Source of the DNA: Chiloscyllium plagiosum
Lineage: Eukaryota
Reading direction: 5' to 3'
DNA length: 64,000 nt
NCBI RefSeq assembly: GCF_004010195.1
Contig: NC_057720.1
Coordinates: 3,577,255 to 3,641,254, forward strand
The notes below the pieces were generated by a model. It was not told the DNA's origin, ran no database searches, and saw only the letters and a program-made list of their open reading frames with translations. Positions 26,220-39,203 of the stretch are shown piece by piece (position 1 is the first letter of the stretch; each line of letters begins with the position of its first letter). Position numbers and translations under genes: made by a program.

Positions 26220-28190
26220 CCAGCGAAAGTGGAACAGAAGGAGGCCATTTGGACCATTCAGTCCATGCTGGCTCTCGAACAGTGATCGAAGCCCTATTCC
26301 ACCATTTTATTCCCATAGTCTTGAAATTTATTTCCCTCCAATAACCATCCCATTTCCTTTTGAATTTTTAAAAATTATTTCTGCTTCTACAATCCTCGTG
26401 TGCAGCAAGCTACAAATTATTACAATTTTTTAAAAAATGGGTAGTTCATCTAATGTTGGTTATAATTATTGCCTATAACACTAAATCTGTGCGCCCTGGT
26501 CCTAAATCTATCTTAACCAAAACAAAGGTTGCACACCTCAATCAAATCTCCCCTGAATCTCGTTTGTTTCAGGGGAAAACCCCCTGCTTCAATCCAACCT
26601 TCAGATATAGTCACTCGTCCCAGGTGTCTTTCTCCTCTGCACCCTCATCCTTCTAAAATTCTGGTGACCAGAGCTCTAATTTTGACACTACAAGAGTTTT
26701 ATAAAGATTCAGCATAATGCCTCATCTCAGTCTTAAATTAACACCCCTTTATTCTGAGACTGTGCCCTGTGGTTCTAGACTCTTCCACAAGGTGAAACAT
26801 GCTCTCAGCATGTACCTTGTTAAGTCTCTTGAGAATTCATTGAGATCACCTCTCATTCTTTTAAACTCCAATGAGTAGAGAGTGCCAACCCGTTTAATGT
26901 TTACTCTTAAGACAATGAATTGTATATGTATCATTTCATTCAATTAATCTCCACATAGATGTGAAGTAACAACTCCTTTAGGATTTTTGACATTTACTTT
27001 GGCTTCTTCCTTAATTGTATGCATGCAAGATATCTGGCAACTTCGCCCAGAATTGTACGCAATATTCTAAAAGTTGACTCATCAATGTCCTGTACAGCCG
27101 CATGTACTGATCAAGGAAGGCAAGCATGCCAAATGCTTTCTTCATCACCCTGTCTACCTGCAACGCCATTTGGGTTTGAGTCATATGGAGAGGCTGAATA
27201 GACTGGGGCTTGTTTCTTGGACTGCTGGAGGCTGAGGGGTGACCTTTATAGAGGTTTATAAAATCACAACTGGTATGGATAGGGTAAATAGCCAAGGTCT
27301 TTTCCCTGGGGTGGGGGAATCCAGAACTAGAGGGCATAGGTTTAGGGTGAGAGGGGAAAGATATAAAAGGGACCTTAGGGGTAACCTTTTCACGCAGAGA
27401 GTGGTGCATGAATGGAACGAACTGCCAGTGGACGTGGAGGAGGTGGTTACAATTACAACACTTAAAAGGCACCTGAATTGGTATATGAATAGGAAGGGTT
27501 TAGAGGGATATGGGCCGAATGCTGACAAGTGGGACAAGATCAGATTGGGATGTGTGTTCGGCGCAGATGAGTCAGATTGAAGGGGTCTGCCTCCATGCTA
27601 CATGAATCTATGACTGAACTGTTTTTGTGTTTATTGCTGCTATTTATGAAATCAAAAATCCCATGCTAGCAACTCTTAATATATCCTGCCATTTTCAAAG
27701 TGCGATGCAGTTGAATACCCAGGTTTTTTTCCCTTTAGAATTATGCCATTATGTCTACATTGGCCTTTTTGATCCCTTCTTCCAAAACGCTTCACCTCAC
27801 AGTTACTTGGTGTTAAATTCCATCTGTGACTTAACCACCAATTCTTCGAGTTTATTTTCAGATGGAGTGGATTGGTACCATCTTTACTATTTGCATAACT
27901 CAAAGGTTGTCATTATTGGCACATTTTACTGTTCCAATATCCAAATTATTTTTCGTATCAATAAATGATGCGTTCCTGACATGGACCCTCAGCAAACACC
28001 TTTGTCTACTGTCCTCTAGACTGAACCATCTGCTGTGACTTGCTGTTTTTCACTCTGAAGGCAAATTTTTATTTAGGCTGACAACTATTCCATGTGACTC
28101 AATTTTGTTAACCAAGTTTACTTGTCAGAAACTTTGTTTGGTTTGATACATCCACTAAATTTCCTTAACTTTCTTGGAAACCAATCATAT
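26220..28190 (-). mobile_element. Cluster of old CR1 fragments
   Basis: ORF 26749..26943 YSLEFKRMRGDLNE; ORF 27011..27472 QVDRVMKKAFGMLAF...LEYCVQFW; aaattccatctg at about 27815. Confidence 0.65.
27172..27615 (+). mobile_element. CR1 LINE 3' end
   Basis: ORF 27239..27580 EVYKI...RTRGHRFRVRGERYKRDLRGNLFTQRVV. Confidence 0.9.
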
Positions 28191-28636
28191 CATGATTCCA
28201 TTGAGTTAAAAATGATAGGATAATTTTTTAAAAAATGAATCGGATGTCATCACAAATTTGTAACCTCAAACTAATATGGTCAGACATGTGAGTCACCACC
28301 AATATCTTGTACATACCTGCACTTGCCCCCCAACATGTGGTTGTTTCCCCCCCCCCCCCCCCGCCCCACTTAAACCTGTGGTTATTGAAATCAATTGCAG
28401 TACCCATACAGCAACTGACCAAGAAATATGGCCTGGGGTAGCTGTTGGGTTATATGGCTCATCTGCTTGTTAGATATACAGGCTGAACTATTGGAAAAAG
28501 CTAGCTTGATTTTATTTGAATAAAATTTTACCAATGTTAATGCCTTGCTATAGAGTTTTAATCTTTTTAGATTTTCAAAGAATCATTGTACTGTTTAAAT
28601 TGAGTTTAATATAATCTTCATTAATTTTGGTTTTAG

Positions 28637-29748
28637 TAGCTGCCACTGATCCCTCCAATGGTCCTGTCTGTGCAGTTGCAGTAGTAGCGACAGCAGCAAC
28701 AACGACTGAGTTTTCTCCGCCCTCCAGCCCCAACCCTTCGAAAAAGGGAACTGCAATTAATTGGCCCTTTCCTGAAAAGATAAAATCTCCACGGACTGTG
28801 AGGAAGCTTTCGATGAAAATGAAGAAACTTCCTGAACTCAGCAGAAAATTGAGTGTTAAAGGGACTTCAAGCCATAACTGTAATGATAATCATAACTCAT
28901 CACCCAAAGGCAACCATGGCTCCTCGATATCACCTGGGATTACAACTAATGCTGCTAGTAGGAATGTCATCAGCCGTTACCATCTGGATACAAGTGTAGC
29001 ATCGCAGAGCTACAAGAAAAAAAGTTCAGGAAACTCCAAATCAGCTAGCAAGGGTGGCTACCTTAGTGACGGCGATTCACCAGAACTCGTAGCTAAATCG
29101 AGTAAGCACTCCTGTGAAAACAGACCTGTGAAGGGGAACATTGCTTCAGCCTCTCATAAAACACACAGTACAGAGATTGATATTGATGCTTTCAGGCATT
29201 ACAGCTTTGTGGATCAGCCTAAGTGTTCTCAATATATTTCAGGACTAATGAGTGTACATTTTTATGGTGCTGAGGATTTAAAGCCACCAAGAATTGATTC
29301 TAGAGATGTATTCTGTGCCATTCAAGTAGATTCAGTCAACAAAGCCAGGACAGCCTTATTGACGTGCAGAACCACATTTTTGGATATGGATCACACGTTT
29401 AATATTGAACTAGAGAATGCACAGCATCTCAAACTCGTAGTTTTCAGCTGGGAGCCAACGCCGCGTCGGAACCGTGTGTGCTGCCATGGCACTGTTGTGC
29501 TCCCCACGCTCTTCAGGGTCTCCAAGATGCATCAATTAGCTGTTAAACTCGAGCCCAGAGGGCTCATTTATGTGAAACTGACTCTGATGGAGCAATGGGA
29601 GAACTCATTGGACAGCCCAGACGGAGAGCGGGAGCCAGTGATGTTTGGTGTTGAGGCACGAAAAGTAGTTGAGAAGGAAAATATGGGCTTGAGGGTGCCA
29701 TTGTTGATGCAGAAATGTATTGTGGAAATAGAAAAGCGAGGCTGTCAG
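28637..29748 (+). CDS. SYDE2: Internal coding exon of SYDE2 RhoGAP: Ser/Lys-rich region, C2 domain (about 29233-29590) and start of RhoGAP domain
   Basis: Open frame 28627-29760 translates to [20 protein letters not shown]...[12 protein letters not shown]...[23 protein letters not shown]...[18 protein letters not shown], which I recognise as vertebrate SYDE2. Acceptor ttttggttttag|TAG at 28636/28637 (phase 1; alternative AG at 28638-28639). Donor CAG|gtaagt at 29748/29749 (phase 0). Confidence 0.95.
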
Positions 29749-29859
29749 GTAAGTCCATAGTCTCTTTTCAAAATATTGTTGCAAAGTTTTGGTTTTGTAA
29801 AGACACATGATCAGTTCTGTGCACTTGGAGAAATTGGGAGTTTATGATTCATCCCAAAG

Positions 29860-30185
29860 CATCAGTATGATATCAAGGCTGGACATATCAGTGCAACATT
29901 GAGAGTACTGTACTTATTGAAGGTTGGGTTTAATGTCAAATGTCAACTATCTAGGACAGTTTAAAAAAAATCCTACAGCACTCTTTAAAGGAGCCTTGAA
30001 GTTCTCCCAGTGCCCTGGTTTTAATCAAAGTTTTCCAAAAAATAAAACTGCGCAAAAAGGCTCGATTTATGGAAATCTGTTGTTTCCATACATTGTAACA
30101 GACATTATACTTCAAAAAATCTTAAATAATTTTGCAATGTTTTGATACATCCTGAGGATGTGAAAATTGATATGTAAATGCAGTT
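29860..30185 (+). mobile_element. Old DeuSINE (SacSINE1-like) remnant just after the large exon
   Basis: aatcctacagcactctttaaaggag...gttctcccagtgccctgg (Deu-domain-like) and tail catcctgaggatgtgaaaattgatatgtaaatgca. Confidence 0.6.
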
Positions 30186-30520
30186 TGAGGTGATGATAGA
30201 ATGATAATACACTCGCAATTCAGTAAGCCTTAATTGATGCTCTGCAAACATGGGCTCATATCTCACAACGGCAGATAGTGGAATTTAAGTTCAACTAATT
30301 AAATCTGGATTGAAAGCTAGTTTCAGCATTGGTGTCATGAAGCTATCAATGTTGTGAAAGCCCGCCCGGTTCATTAATTTCCTTTAGGGACGAAACTTGC
30401 TGTCCTGGTGACTACATGTGAATCCAGTCCACAGCCATGTGGTCAATCTTAACTGCCCTTTGAAACTATCTACTATGCCGCTCCTGTTGGCCTTGCCAGC
30501 TTTACCCGGATTCCATGAAA
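30186..30520 (+). mobile_element. tRNA-derived SINE (family of 45171-45620), decayed
   Basis: ggcagatagtggaattt...ggttcattaatttcctttaggga...ccacagccatgtggtcaatcttaactgccctttgaaa. Confidence 0.75.
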
Positions 30521-32139
30521 AATGAAGGGTCTTGGCTTGTTCTCCTTGGAGCAGAGAAGGAGAAGGGAAAATTTAAGAATTATATAAAGAGTTGTGACTG
30601 AATTGGCAGCATGCAACTCTCTTACTGGCAAAATGATTGGCAACTCAAAGACTCACATTTAGAAAACATCAGAAAAGTTAGATTTTGTCCAGCTTAGTAA
30701 GGTTTGCAGAAACAAATTCACTACTTACCTGTGAAGGGGATTAGATAATTATTTGAGTGTAATATTGTAGACTAATGGAAGAATGGGTACAGAACTAACT
30801 GGATAGCTGTTTCAAAATCAGGACAAAAGGTAACTGAATAGCCTCCCTCCATGTTGCATGATTCTAAGTTCCTACATCTTTCAAAGAAACTATAAAGTTT
30901 ACACATTAGGGACATGAGCACAAAAATGGGTCCCTTTGTCCCTGAATTGGTGCTGTCCATGTATGCCCAAGTTATTTTTGTACCCAAACAGACAATTGTA
31001 TCACTTGCATATGGAGCATGGAAGACACTCAGTGCAGTAAATCAAGGTGAGATCTGTCTTGTGCACAACGCTTTATTTCGTTCATGGAAAGGGAGAGAAG
31101 AGGCATGAAGGGAGCAGAAAGCAATTCTGCCCTCTGTCCTACTTGGACATGGATGTCTCACATTATTTCTGTATGAAGATCTTGTGTACAGCTGAAATAG
31201 GAATCTTTTGGAGGGTTATGGGCCAAATGCAAGCAAGTGGGACTAGTTTAGTTTGGGAACATGATCGGTGTGGACTAGTTGGACCAAAGGGCATGTTTAC
31301 ATGCAGTATGACTGTTTTTACATTAAAGGGAAAGTGGGGGTGGGGGACATCACTGCTATGCAAATGAGAACAACTAAAGCACAAACAATGCTTCATTCAT
31401 TTCTGAGTAAAGATATGAAATGTTATTTGAAGGACAATGGTGACCTTCACTATTCTGATTAATACCATACACCCTTCAGTGAAGCTTCCTTTTTTGCAAG
31501 TCATTTAAAAATTATGTCATACTGTATGTACCTTACCATAGGTGATACAAACATTAGGTAGCAGTTAGTAGTATATTTGTGATATATTAAGACAAGGAGA
31601 TGCTCTGTTAAATACACATTGACAGAGGTATAGAGCCTTTTGAACCTTCAATTTATCGATTACTCATTTGATTTTACATTCTCTTGTCTTAAACCATAAT
31701 TAGATTAACTTAGAGGCTGGAAAACAATCAAATACCTTCTTTCCAAGATGAAAAATATTAAGCTTGTCGGTGTTTGTATTTTACCATTAATGTTGGCGAT
31801 CATTCAGTGTCTTTATACTTTTTCTTAAGTATTTCAATTTCTTTGCAGTATTGATGGATAGAAATTTGTGCAGGATTTGAGGTGTGGTCTTATCAGAGGA
31901 TTTTACAATTTGGTTACAATTTTCCTAAAATAGCAGAAAACAAGCCAAGAAATATTGTACAATATTCGACTGGCTTTGATTACCCTGGTATTGTTTTGAT
32001 TTCCTTATTTAAGAAATCTTTCAGCATAGTCATCGATTTCAACCCCTTCATGGTATATCCTGGTTATTTATTTTCTTCTTCTGAAGTCATTAAATTTAAT
32101 ATTTTCTGGATCAGTCCGTTTATATACTTTATTCAACAC

Positions 32140-32365
32140 ATTAATTGGGGTTGGTTTGTTCAGTTGGCTGTACAGCTGGTTGGTGATGCATTGTGACACC
32201 ATACTGCAGGTTCAGTGCCCATACTAGCTGAGGTTGCCATGAAAGTCCTGCCTTCTTGACTTTTCTCTTCACCTGAGGCATGGTGACCTTCAGGTTAAAT
32301 TCACCATCAGCTGTCTCTCTGAGAGAAGTGAACAACGGTCTTCCGAGACTATGGTGACTACTTTA
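32140..32365 (+). mobile_element. Probable further tRNA-derived SINE family, decayed
   Basis: Degenerate A-box-like (ttgttcagttgg) and B-box-like (ggttcagtgcc) motifs, about 225 bp, tail gactatggtgactacttta. Confidence 0.5.
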
Positions 32366-32367
32366 TT

Positions 32368-32810
32368 AGAGGTGTTTCAGAGAGGTTCACGAGATTCATT
32401 CCAGGGATGAGTCTAATGAACACAGTTCGAGCAGTTTAGGCCTGTACTGTCTAGAGTTTAGAAGAGTGAGAGGAGTTTTAGTGGGATAGGTAAGATGATA
32501 AAGAGGATTGACGAAGTGAACTTAGAATGTTTACCGATGAGGCAATCCAAATCGTCCTAGGTTAAGGGGGGAGCAGGTTTAAAACAGAAATTAGTACTCT
32601 CAAAGGATTGTGGAATTCACTACTCCAGGCTGTGTTGGGTACTGCAACACTGAATAAATTTGAGGAGATAGGCAAATTTTTAATTAGTAACAGGTTAAAA
32701 GGGTCATCAGAAGTTGGCATGAAAGTGGAGTTGAGGCTGAGGTTAAATCAGCCATGATTGGAGCAGGTTTGAGAGGCTGAATTGCCTACTCCAGCTCCTA
32801 GTTCTTATAT
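32368..32810 (+). mobile_element. Decayed CR1 3' end
   Basis: cagagaaggttcacgagattcattccaggg...tagagtttagaagagtgagagg...tgtggaattcactactcc. Confidence 0.75.
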
Positions 32811-33147
32811 TAATTTAAGCTCCAATTCTGCAGCCCCTTTCTAGTTCAGTATTTTCAAATTTGGCTATTTGAATTGTTTCTCAACATAAGTTATTTATGT
32901 AGAAATGTGTAGTTGCCCTTCGCCTCTGCTTTACCTTATCCTTTTCTTTGTTTTGGTATATGTCTGTACTTGTTGCTATCTACGTTTTGGATTTCTCAAC
33001 CACATACAGCATCTCCACTAGATAAATATTGTTTGAGTTTAACTAATAGTCTTTTAGGTGAAACTTTGTCAAATGTATTTTAAAGTTTGATTAATCACAT
33101 TCAGTGGCTACCCAAATTCCATTGGGTTGCCCTTTTCTTAAATAATT

Positions 33148-35780
33148 AGAGTCATAGTCATACAACATGGAAACAGACTGTTTGGTCCAACCTGTCCATG
33201 CTGGCTAAATTTCGTAAACTGAAATTGTCCCATTTGTCTGCATTTGGCCCATATCCCTCTAAGCCTTTCCTATCCATGTGCTTGTCTTACCAAAACGCAA
33301 CACCTCGCATTTAACTAAATTAGAATGGCGGCACGTTGGCTTAGTGGTTAGCTCTGCTGCCTCACAGCTGCAGAGTGCCAGCTTAGATTCCACCCTCGGG
33401 CAACTGTCTGTGTGGAGTTTGCACATTCTCCACATGTCTGTGTGGGTTTCCTCCCACAGTCCAAAGATGTGCAGATCAGGTGAATTGGCCATGCTAAATT
33501 GCCCGTCGTGTTCGGTGCATTAGTCAGAGGGAAATGGGTCTGGGTGGGTTACTCCTCGGAGGGTCGGTGTGGACTTGTTGGGCCGAAGGACCTGTTTCCA
33601 CACTGTAGGGAATCTAATCTAATCTAATCTAAACTCCGTCTGCTATTCCTTGGTCCACTGATCCAGTTGTTCAAGATCCAGTTGGTACCCTTTGATAACC
33701 TTCCTCACTGTTCCATGATACCACTATTTTTGGTGTCATTTTCACACTTAGTAATCATGTCTGCTATACTCTCATCCAAACTATTTACATGAATAATGAA
33801 CAGCAGTAGACCCAGCGCTGATCCTTGGGGCACACTTTGGTCATGGGCCTATAGTCTGAAAATCAATCCGGTACCACACTGTCTTTTTCCGTCAAGCCAA
33901 TTTTGTATCCATTTAGCTAGCTGTCCCTGGATCCCATGTGATCTAACCTTACTAATCAATCTCCCATGTAGAACCTTGTTGAAGGCCTTGCTAAAGTTTA
34001 TGTAGATAATGTCTACTCCTCTGTCTTCATCTACCTCCTTGACACCGCTTCAAAATACTTTGTGAGAGATGCACTTTCCCACGCACAAAGCCAGGCTAAC
34101 TATCCCTAATCGCCTTTCCAAATGCATGTAGATCTTACTGTCAGAAACCCTTCCAACGACTTAGCCGCCACTAATGTGAGACTCACTGCTCTGTAGTTCC
34201 CTGGATTTTCCTTATTTCTTAAATAATGACACAATATTTGCCACCCTCCAGTCTTCCAACACCTCACCCATGGCTGTCAGTGTTATAAATATCTCTGTCA
34301 GCGGGCCAAACAGTTTCTTCCCTAGCTTCCCACAATGTCCTGGGATGTATTTGATCAGGTCTCGAGGATTTATCTACCGTATTAAACGTTTTAAGTCCTC
34401 CACACCACCTCTTCTGTAATGTGGACCCTTCAAGACATCACTGTTTATTTCCCCAAGTTCCCTAGTTTCCATGTCTTTCTGCACAGTAAATACTAAGGTG
34501 AAATATTCATTTAGTATCTCACCCATCTCCTGTGTTTCTACATATGGATGGCCCTATTGGTCTTTAAGGGATCCTGTTCTCTCCTGAGTTACTCTTTTGC
34601 TCTTGATATAATTGTAAAATCTCTTTGGATTCTCCTTAACTTCCAATTCTGCCTCATATCCCTTTTTTGCCCTCCTGATTTCCCACTTAAGTGTACTCCT
34701 ACACCACCTATAATCGTCTAAGGATTCACTTGATCCCAGTTGTAACCTACCTGACATATACCGCCTCCATTTTCTTGACTAGAATTTCAATATCTATAGT
34801 CATCAACTGTTCCCTACTCCTGCCACCCATATCCTTCACACTAACAGGAACATGGTGTCCCTGAACTCTTGTTATCTTGCTTTTGAAAGCTTTCCAGTTG
34901 CCAAACACCCCTTTACCACAAACACCATCCCACAATCAACTTTTGGAAGTTCTTGTTCATCCAACAAAATTGGCCTTGCCTCAGTTTAGAACTTTAACTT
35001 ATGGACGAGGTCTGTCCTTTTTCATAATTATTTTAAAACTAATAGAATTATGGTCGCTGGTGGAAATGCTTTCCCACTAATAGCTCACTCACATGCCCTG
35101 CCTTATTTGCCAAGAGGTCAGGTTTTGCCTACTCTTTCATAGAGAAAGTTTTCTTGAAAATTCCTCCCCATCTGAATCCTTAACGCTATGGCAGTCCTAG
35201 TCTATATTTAAAAAGTTAAAATCCCCCACTGTTACAACTCTACTATTCTTACAGCTATCTGCGATCTCTCTACATATTTGTACCTCAATTTCCTGCTGAC
35301 TGTTCAGGGGGCCTATAGTACATTCTCATCAAAGTGATCACCCCTGCTTAGTTATCACTTCCACCCATAAATCTTCATTGGACAATCCCTCAGGAATGTC
35401 CTTTTCTAAGTATTGCCATGATGTTTTGCCAAATCAAAAATGCCACTTCTTCTATCTTGCCTCCCATTCTGTGATTCCTGTAGCATCTGTACCTAGGACA
35501 TTGAGCTGCCAATCCTGCCCCTCCTTCAGCTATATTTCTGTAATTGCTATGATATCCCAATCCCATGTTCCCATCCATGCCCTCAGTTCATTTGTTTTAC
35601 CTGTCAGGCCTCTTCCTTTGAAATAAACGCAGTTTGATTCACCAGTCTTCCCTCATTCTCTGCCATGCTCTTGCCTGCCTTGTCTATTTAACTTACTCTC
35701 TTCTGCAATAGCCTCACCTGTCTCTCTTATCCCATTACTGCTTAGCGTCTCACCCTCTGCCAGACTAGCCCTAGCAAATT
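33148..35780 (-). mobile_element. Decayed CR1 LINE (endonuclease, RT and 3'UTR pieces) with HE1 insertion
   Basis: ORF 34554..34757 EIRRAKKG...VKENPKRFYNYIKSKR; RT and endonuclease motifs on the minus strand. Confidence 0.85.
33327..33632 (+). mobile_element. HE1-type V-SINE, near full length
   Basis: tRNA-like head ggcggcacgttggcttagtggttagc, V-domain tgtgtggagtttgcacattctc...gggtttcctccc, CR1-like 3' end and (aatct)4 tail. Confidence 0.88.
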
Positions 35781-36249
35781 CAAGAAGATTGGTCATCAAG
35801 ATCTACCATCTAAAACCATGCTGACTGCATTTTATGAGGTTATTGTACAGTGGTCTGAATGTGCTGAAATTTGTTGCCAGTTCAGTCATGAGGAATTCAG
35901 TTGACTAAACTTGAACAAATCAGAAGTACTTCGCTTTAACAGATGCAAAATACTGTGGATGCTGGAAGAAAAAAAGAAAATTTTGGAGATTTGGCAGCAT
36001 CAGTGGAGAGGCAAATTGTGTGAACAGTTTGAGTTCAATGTGATGATTCTTCAGAATGGTGCAGCCTTCAAGAACCACACCAATGTGGTTTGCTCTTAAC
36101 CACCCTCAGGGCAATTATGGATAGGCAATAACTGCTGCCCTAGCCTATGATGCCCATACCTAATGGACGATTCTTAAAAATTGCAAATCAAGCTAAGTAA
36201 ATTTTTGGTGCCATTTTGGTTCATGATCATTAGAATCTGCACTCCAAGA

Positions 36250-36770
36250 GTGTTGAGATTTTTCTGGACTTGTCTGCCTGCTTGTGAGTTCATTGGGACA
36301 GCTTACAAAATACTCAAAACAGTTTCCAACATTAGAAGTGACTCTGCAATTGGACAGCATTTGCTAAATTATCCAGTGTTCAAAGCATTAGACTGACAAC
36401 CAATTTAGAATCATCAGTTGGGCTCTCTGGGGGAGGTACCTCCTCGTTCTGGAAGCTACGTTTTTAATATGTAGGACTCTATTCTTTACAAAACATACAC
36501 ATCCTCAATGCCTGTTTAAAATAGATGACAGCCATTCTTCAGTTCATTCCTCGTGGCAGTGCCTTGACCAATCAAAGCCAAACTGCCTGGTTTAAAATTT
36601 AAATATTGTTTGGCAGCTAATTGTCAGTTGTCATTAGCTGATGTATTTATCATGGCAATGCCTCTAACAGTAAACCTGAATTATTGTACAGCATAAATAT
36701 TGTTTCCCTGTTTTTAACCTTGGCATTTCTTGTAGAATTGTTCTGATGAAAATCTTCAAATCTTTTTATA
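36250..36770 (+). mobile_element. Another Penelope-like family: GIY-YIG C-terminus and 3'UTR, decayed
   Basis: ORF 36181..36396 SDSAIGQHLLN, followed by NQFRIIS and VLEAT fragments; CTGATGA remnant at about 36743. Confidence 0.65.
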
Positions 36771-36964
36771 CAAATGCAGCAAAATAAGCTTAATGGTTTG
36801 TTTTGTGATCAATAGAAGCTATTTAAATTAGGAAGACTTTTGAATTGCTTGTGTTTAACAGGGAAAAGTAATTTGAACAAAACTAAATTCTCTAATTTAA
36901 AATAACCACAAGAAAATACTCGGGAGAGAGTATTTGAATCGAAGCTCAGGGAAAATCAATATCT

Positions 36965-37820
36965 AATGGTAGTATTGATAAACTATTAATCCAAAGACCC
37001 AGGTAATGTTCTGGGAACCCAGATTTGAATCCTAACATGGCAGATGTGGGAATTTAAATTCAATAAAAATCTGGAATGAAGAATCTAATGATGATGGGAG
37101 GTCATGTTGCAGCTGTACAGGACATTGGTCAGGCCACTGTTGGAAAATTGCATGCTATTCTGACCTCCTTTCTATCGGAAAGATGTTGTGAAACTTGAAA
37201 GGGTTCAGAAAAGATTTACAAGGATGTTGCCAGGATTGGAGGGAGAGGCTGAACAGGCTAGGGCTGTTTTCCCTGAGCGTTGGAGGCTGAGAGGTGACCT
37301 TATAGAGGTTTACAAAAAGATGAGAGGCAAGGATAGGATAAATAGACAAAGTCTTTTCCCTGGGGTCGGGGAGTCCAGAACTAGAGGGCATAGGTTTAGG
37401 GTGAGGGGGAAAGATATAAAAGAGACCTACAGGGCAATCTTTTCATGCAGAGGGTGGTACATATATGGAATGAGTGACCAGAGGAAGTGATGGAGGCTGG
37501 TACAATTGCAATAATTAAGAGGCATTTGGATGGGTATATGAATAGGAAGGCTATGGTCCGGGTGCTGACAGGTAGGACTAGATTGGGTTGGGATATCTGA
37601 TCAGCATGGACGGGTTGGACCGAATGGTCTGTTTCCATGCTGTACATCTCAATGATCACGTTGATTTTTGGGAAAGGTCCATCTGTTTCACCAATGCCCT
37701 TTATGGAAGGAAACTGCTATCCTCACCTGGTCTGGCTTTATCATCCATCTCTAATCGTCCAGAGGGTAATTAATGCTGGCTGACAGTCCCAGCCTTTAAA
37801 TGAATAATTTAAAAAAACAA
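36965..37820 (+). mobile_element. tRNA-derived SINE (family of 45171-45620) split by a CR1 insertion
   Basis: Head aatggtagtattg...ctattaatccaaagacccaggtaatgttctggg matches 45189-45240; body resumes at about 37631. Confidence 0.78.
37096..37630 (+). mobile_element. CR1 LINE 3' end
   Basis: ORF 37188..37490 KLERVQKRFTRMLPGLE...LRGDLIEVYK. Confidence 0.9.
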
Positions 37821-38075
37821 ATCCAGCAATTTATTTAGGCCAGTGCTTTCCCAAAAGTAATGTACTTGGTTTGCTAGTAAAGTAGACTGATTCTTCAGTT
37901 GGTGGAAATATTTACCTAGAGTCTCCTTGCATGGTTAGTTTAAAAAGAACAGGGAGGGTGGAAAAAGAGGAGGGGGTGTAGCATTGCTAATCAGAGAGTG
38001 CATCACAGCGACAGAAATGAAGGTTGTTGAGGAAGGTTTGTCTACTGAGGCCGTATGGGTGGAAGTTAGGAACAG

Positions 38076-38283
38076 AAACTGAAAATGTGTTGCTGGAAAA
38101 GCGCAGCAGGTCAGGCAGCATCCAAGGAGCAGGAGAATCGACGTTTCGGGCATGACCCCTTCTTCAGGGCTCATGCCCGAAACATTGTTTCTCCTGCTCC
38201 TTGGATGCTGCTTGACATGCTGTGCTTTTCCAGCAACACATTTTCAGCTCTGATCTCCAGCATCTGCAGTCCTCACTTTCTCC
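38076..38283. mobile_element. 208-bp palindromic Penelope-like insertion with 16-bp TSD
   Basis: TSD tggaagttaggaacag at 38060-38075 and 38284-38299; about 75-bp inverted arms; hammerhead motif on the minus strand at 38136-38170. Confidence 0.88.
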
Positions 38284-39203
38284 TGGAAGTTAGGAACAGC
38301 AAGGGGACAGCCACTTCATTGGGGGGGGGGGTTTCTACAGACCACCTAATAGCAGTAGGGAGATTGAAGAACTGATAGGCAGGCAGATTTTGGAAAAATG
38401 CAGATGTAGCAGGGTTGTTGTTATGGGTGACTTCAACTTTCCCAATATTGACTGGAACCTCCTTAGTGCAGATGGTTTGGATGGAGCTGTTTTTGTCAGG
38501 TGTGTTCGGGAGGGTTTCCTTACTCAGTATGTAGACAGGCCGATGAGGGGAGAGGCCATTTTGAATTTGGTGCTCGGCAATGAGCCAGGACAGGTGTCAG
38601 ATCTCGCTGTGGGAGAGCACTTTGGTGAACGTGACCAAAACTGCCTCACATTTACCATAGCCATCGAGAGGGAAAGGAGCAGTTACCTCAGGAAAATATT
38701 TAATTGGGGAAAAGATTATGACGCTATCAGACAGGAGTTGGGAAGTACAGATTGGGAACAATTGTTCCACATAAAGGGCACAACAGACACGTGAAGACTG
38801 TTTAAGGAGCAGTTGTTGCAAGTGATGCACAAATCTGTTCCTCTGAGACAGGCAAGAAGGGGTAAGATTAAGGAACCTTGGATGACGAGAACAGAGGAGC
38901 TTCTTGTCAAAAGGAAGATGGCAGCTTACGTAAGGTGGAGGAAGCAAGGGTCTAGCACAGCTTTAAAGGATTACAGGCTTGCTATAAAGGAGCTCAGAAA
39001 TGGACTGAGGAGAGCCAGGAGGGAGCACAAAAAAGGCTTGGTGGGAAGAATTAGGGAGAACCCAAAGTAATTTTACTCATACGTGAGGAATAAGCGAATG
39101 ATCAGGGTGAAGGTAGGGCCGGTCAGGGATAGCGTAGGGAACTTGTGTGTGGGGTCTGAGCAGATAAGGGAGGCCCTAAATGAGTTTTTTGCTTTGGTTT
39201 TCA

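Noticed and set aside
28347..28367. C-rich tract (also 17917-17930) and (gatggc)3 at 19088-19108
   Set aside because: Short simple repeats with no evidence of function.
28627..29760. ORF-track 377-aa ORF as a standalone gene
   Set aside because: The TTG 'start' lies in the splice acceptor and the stop lies past the GT donor; it is an internal SYDE2 exon.
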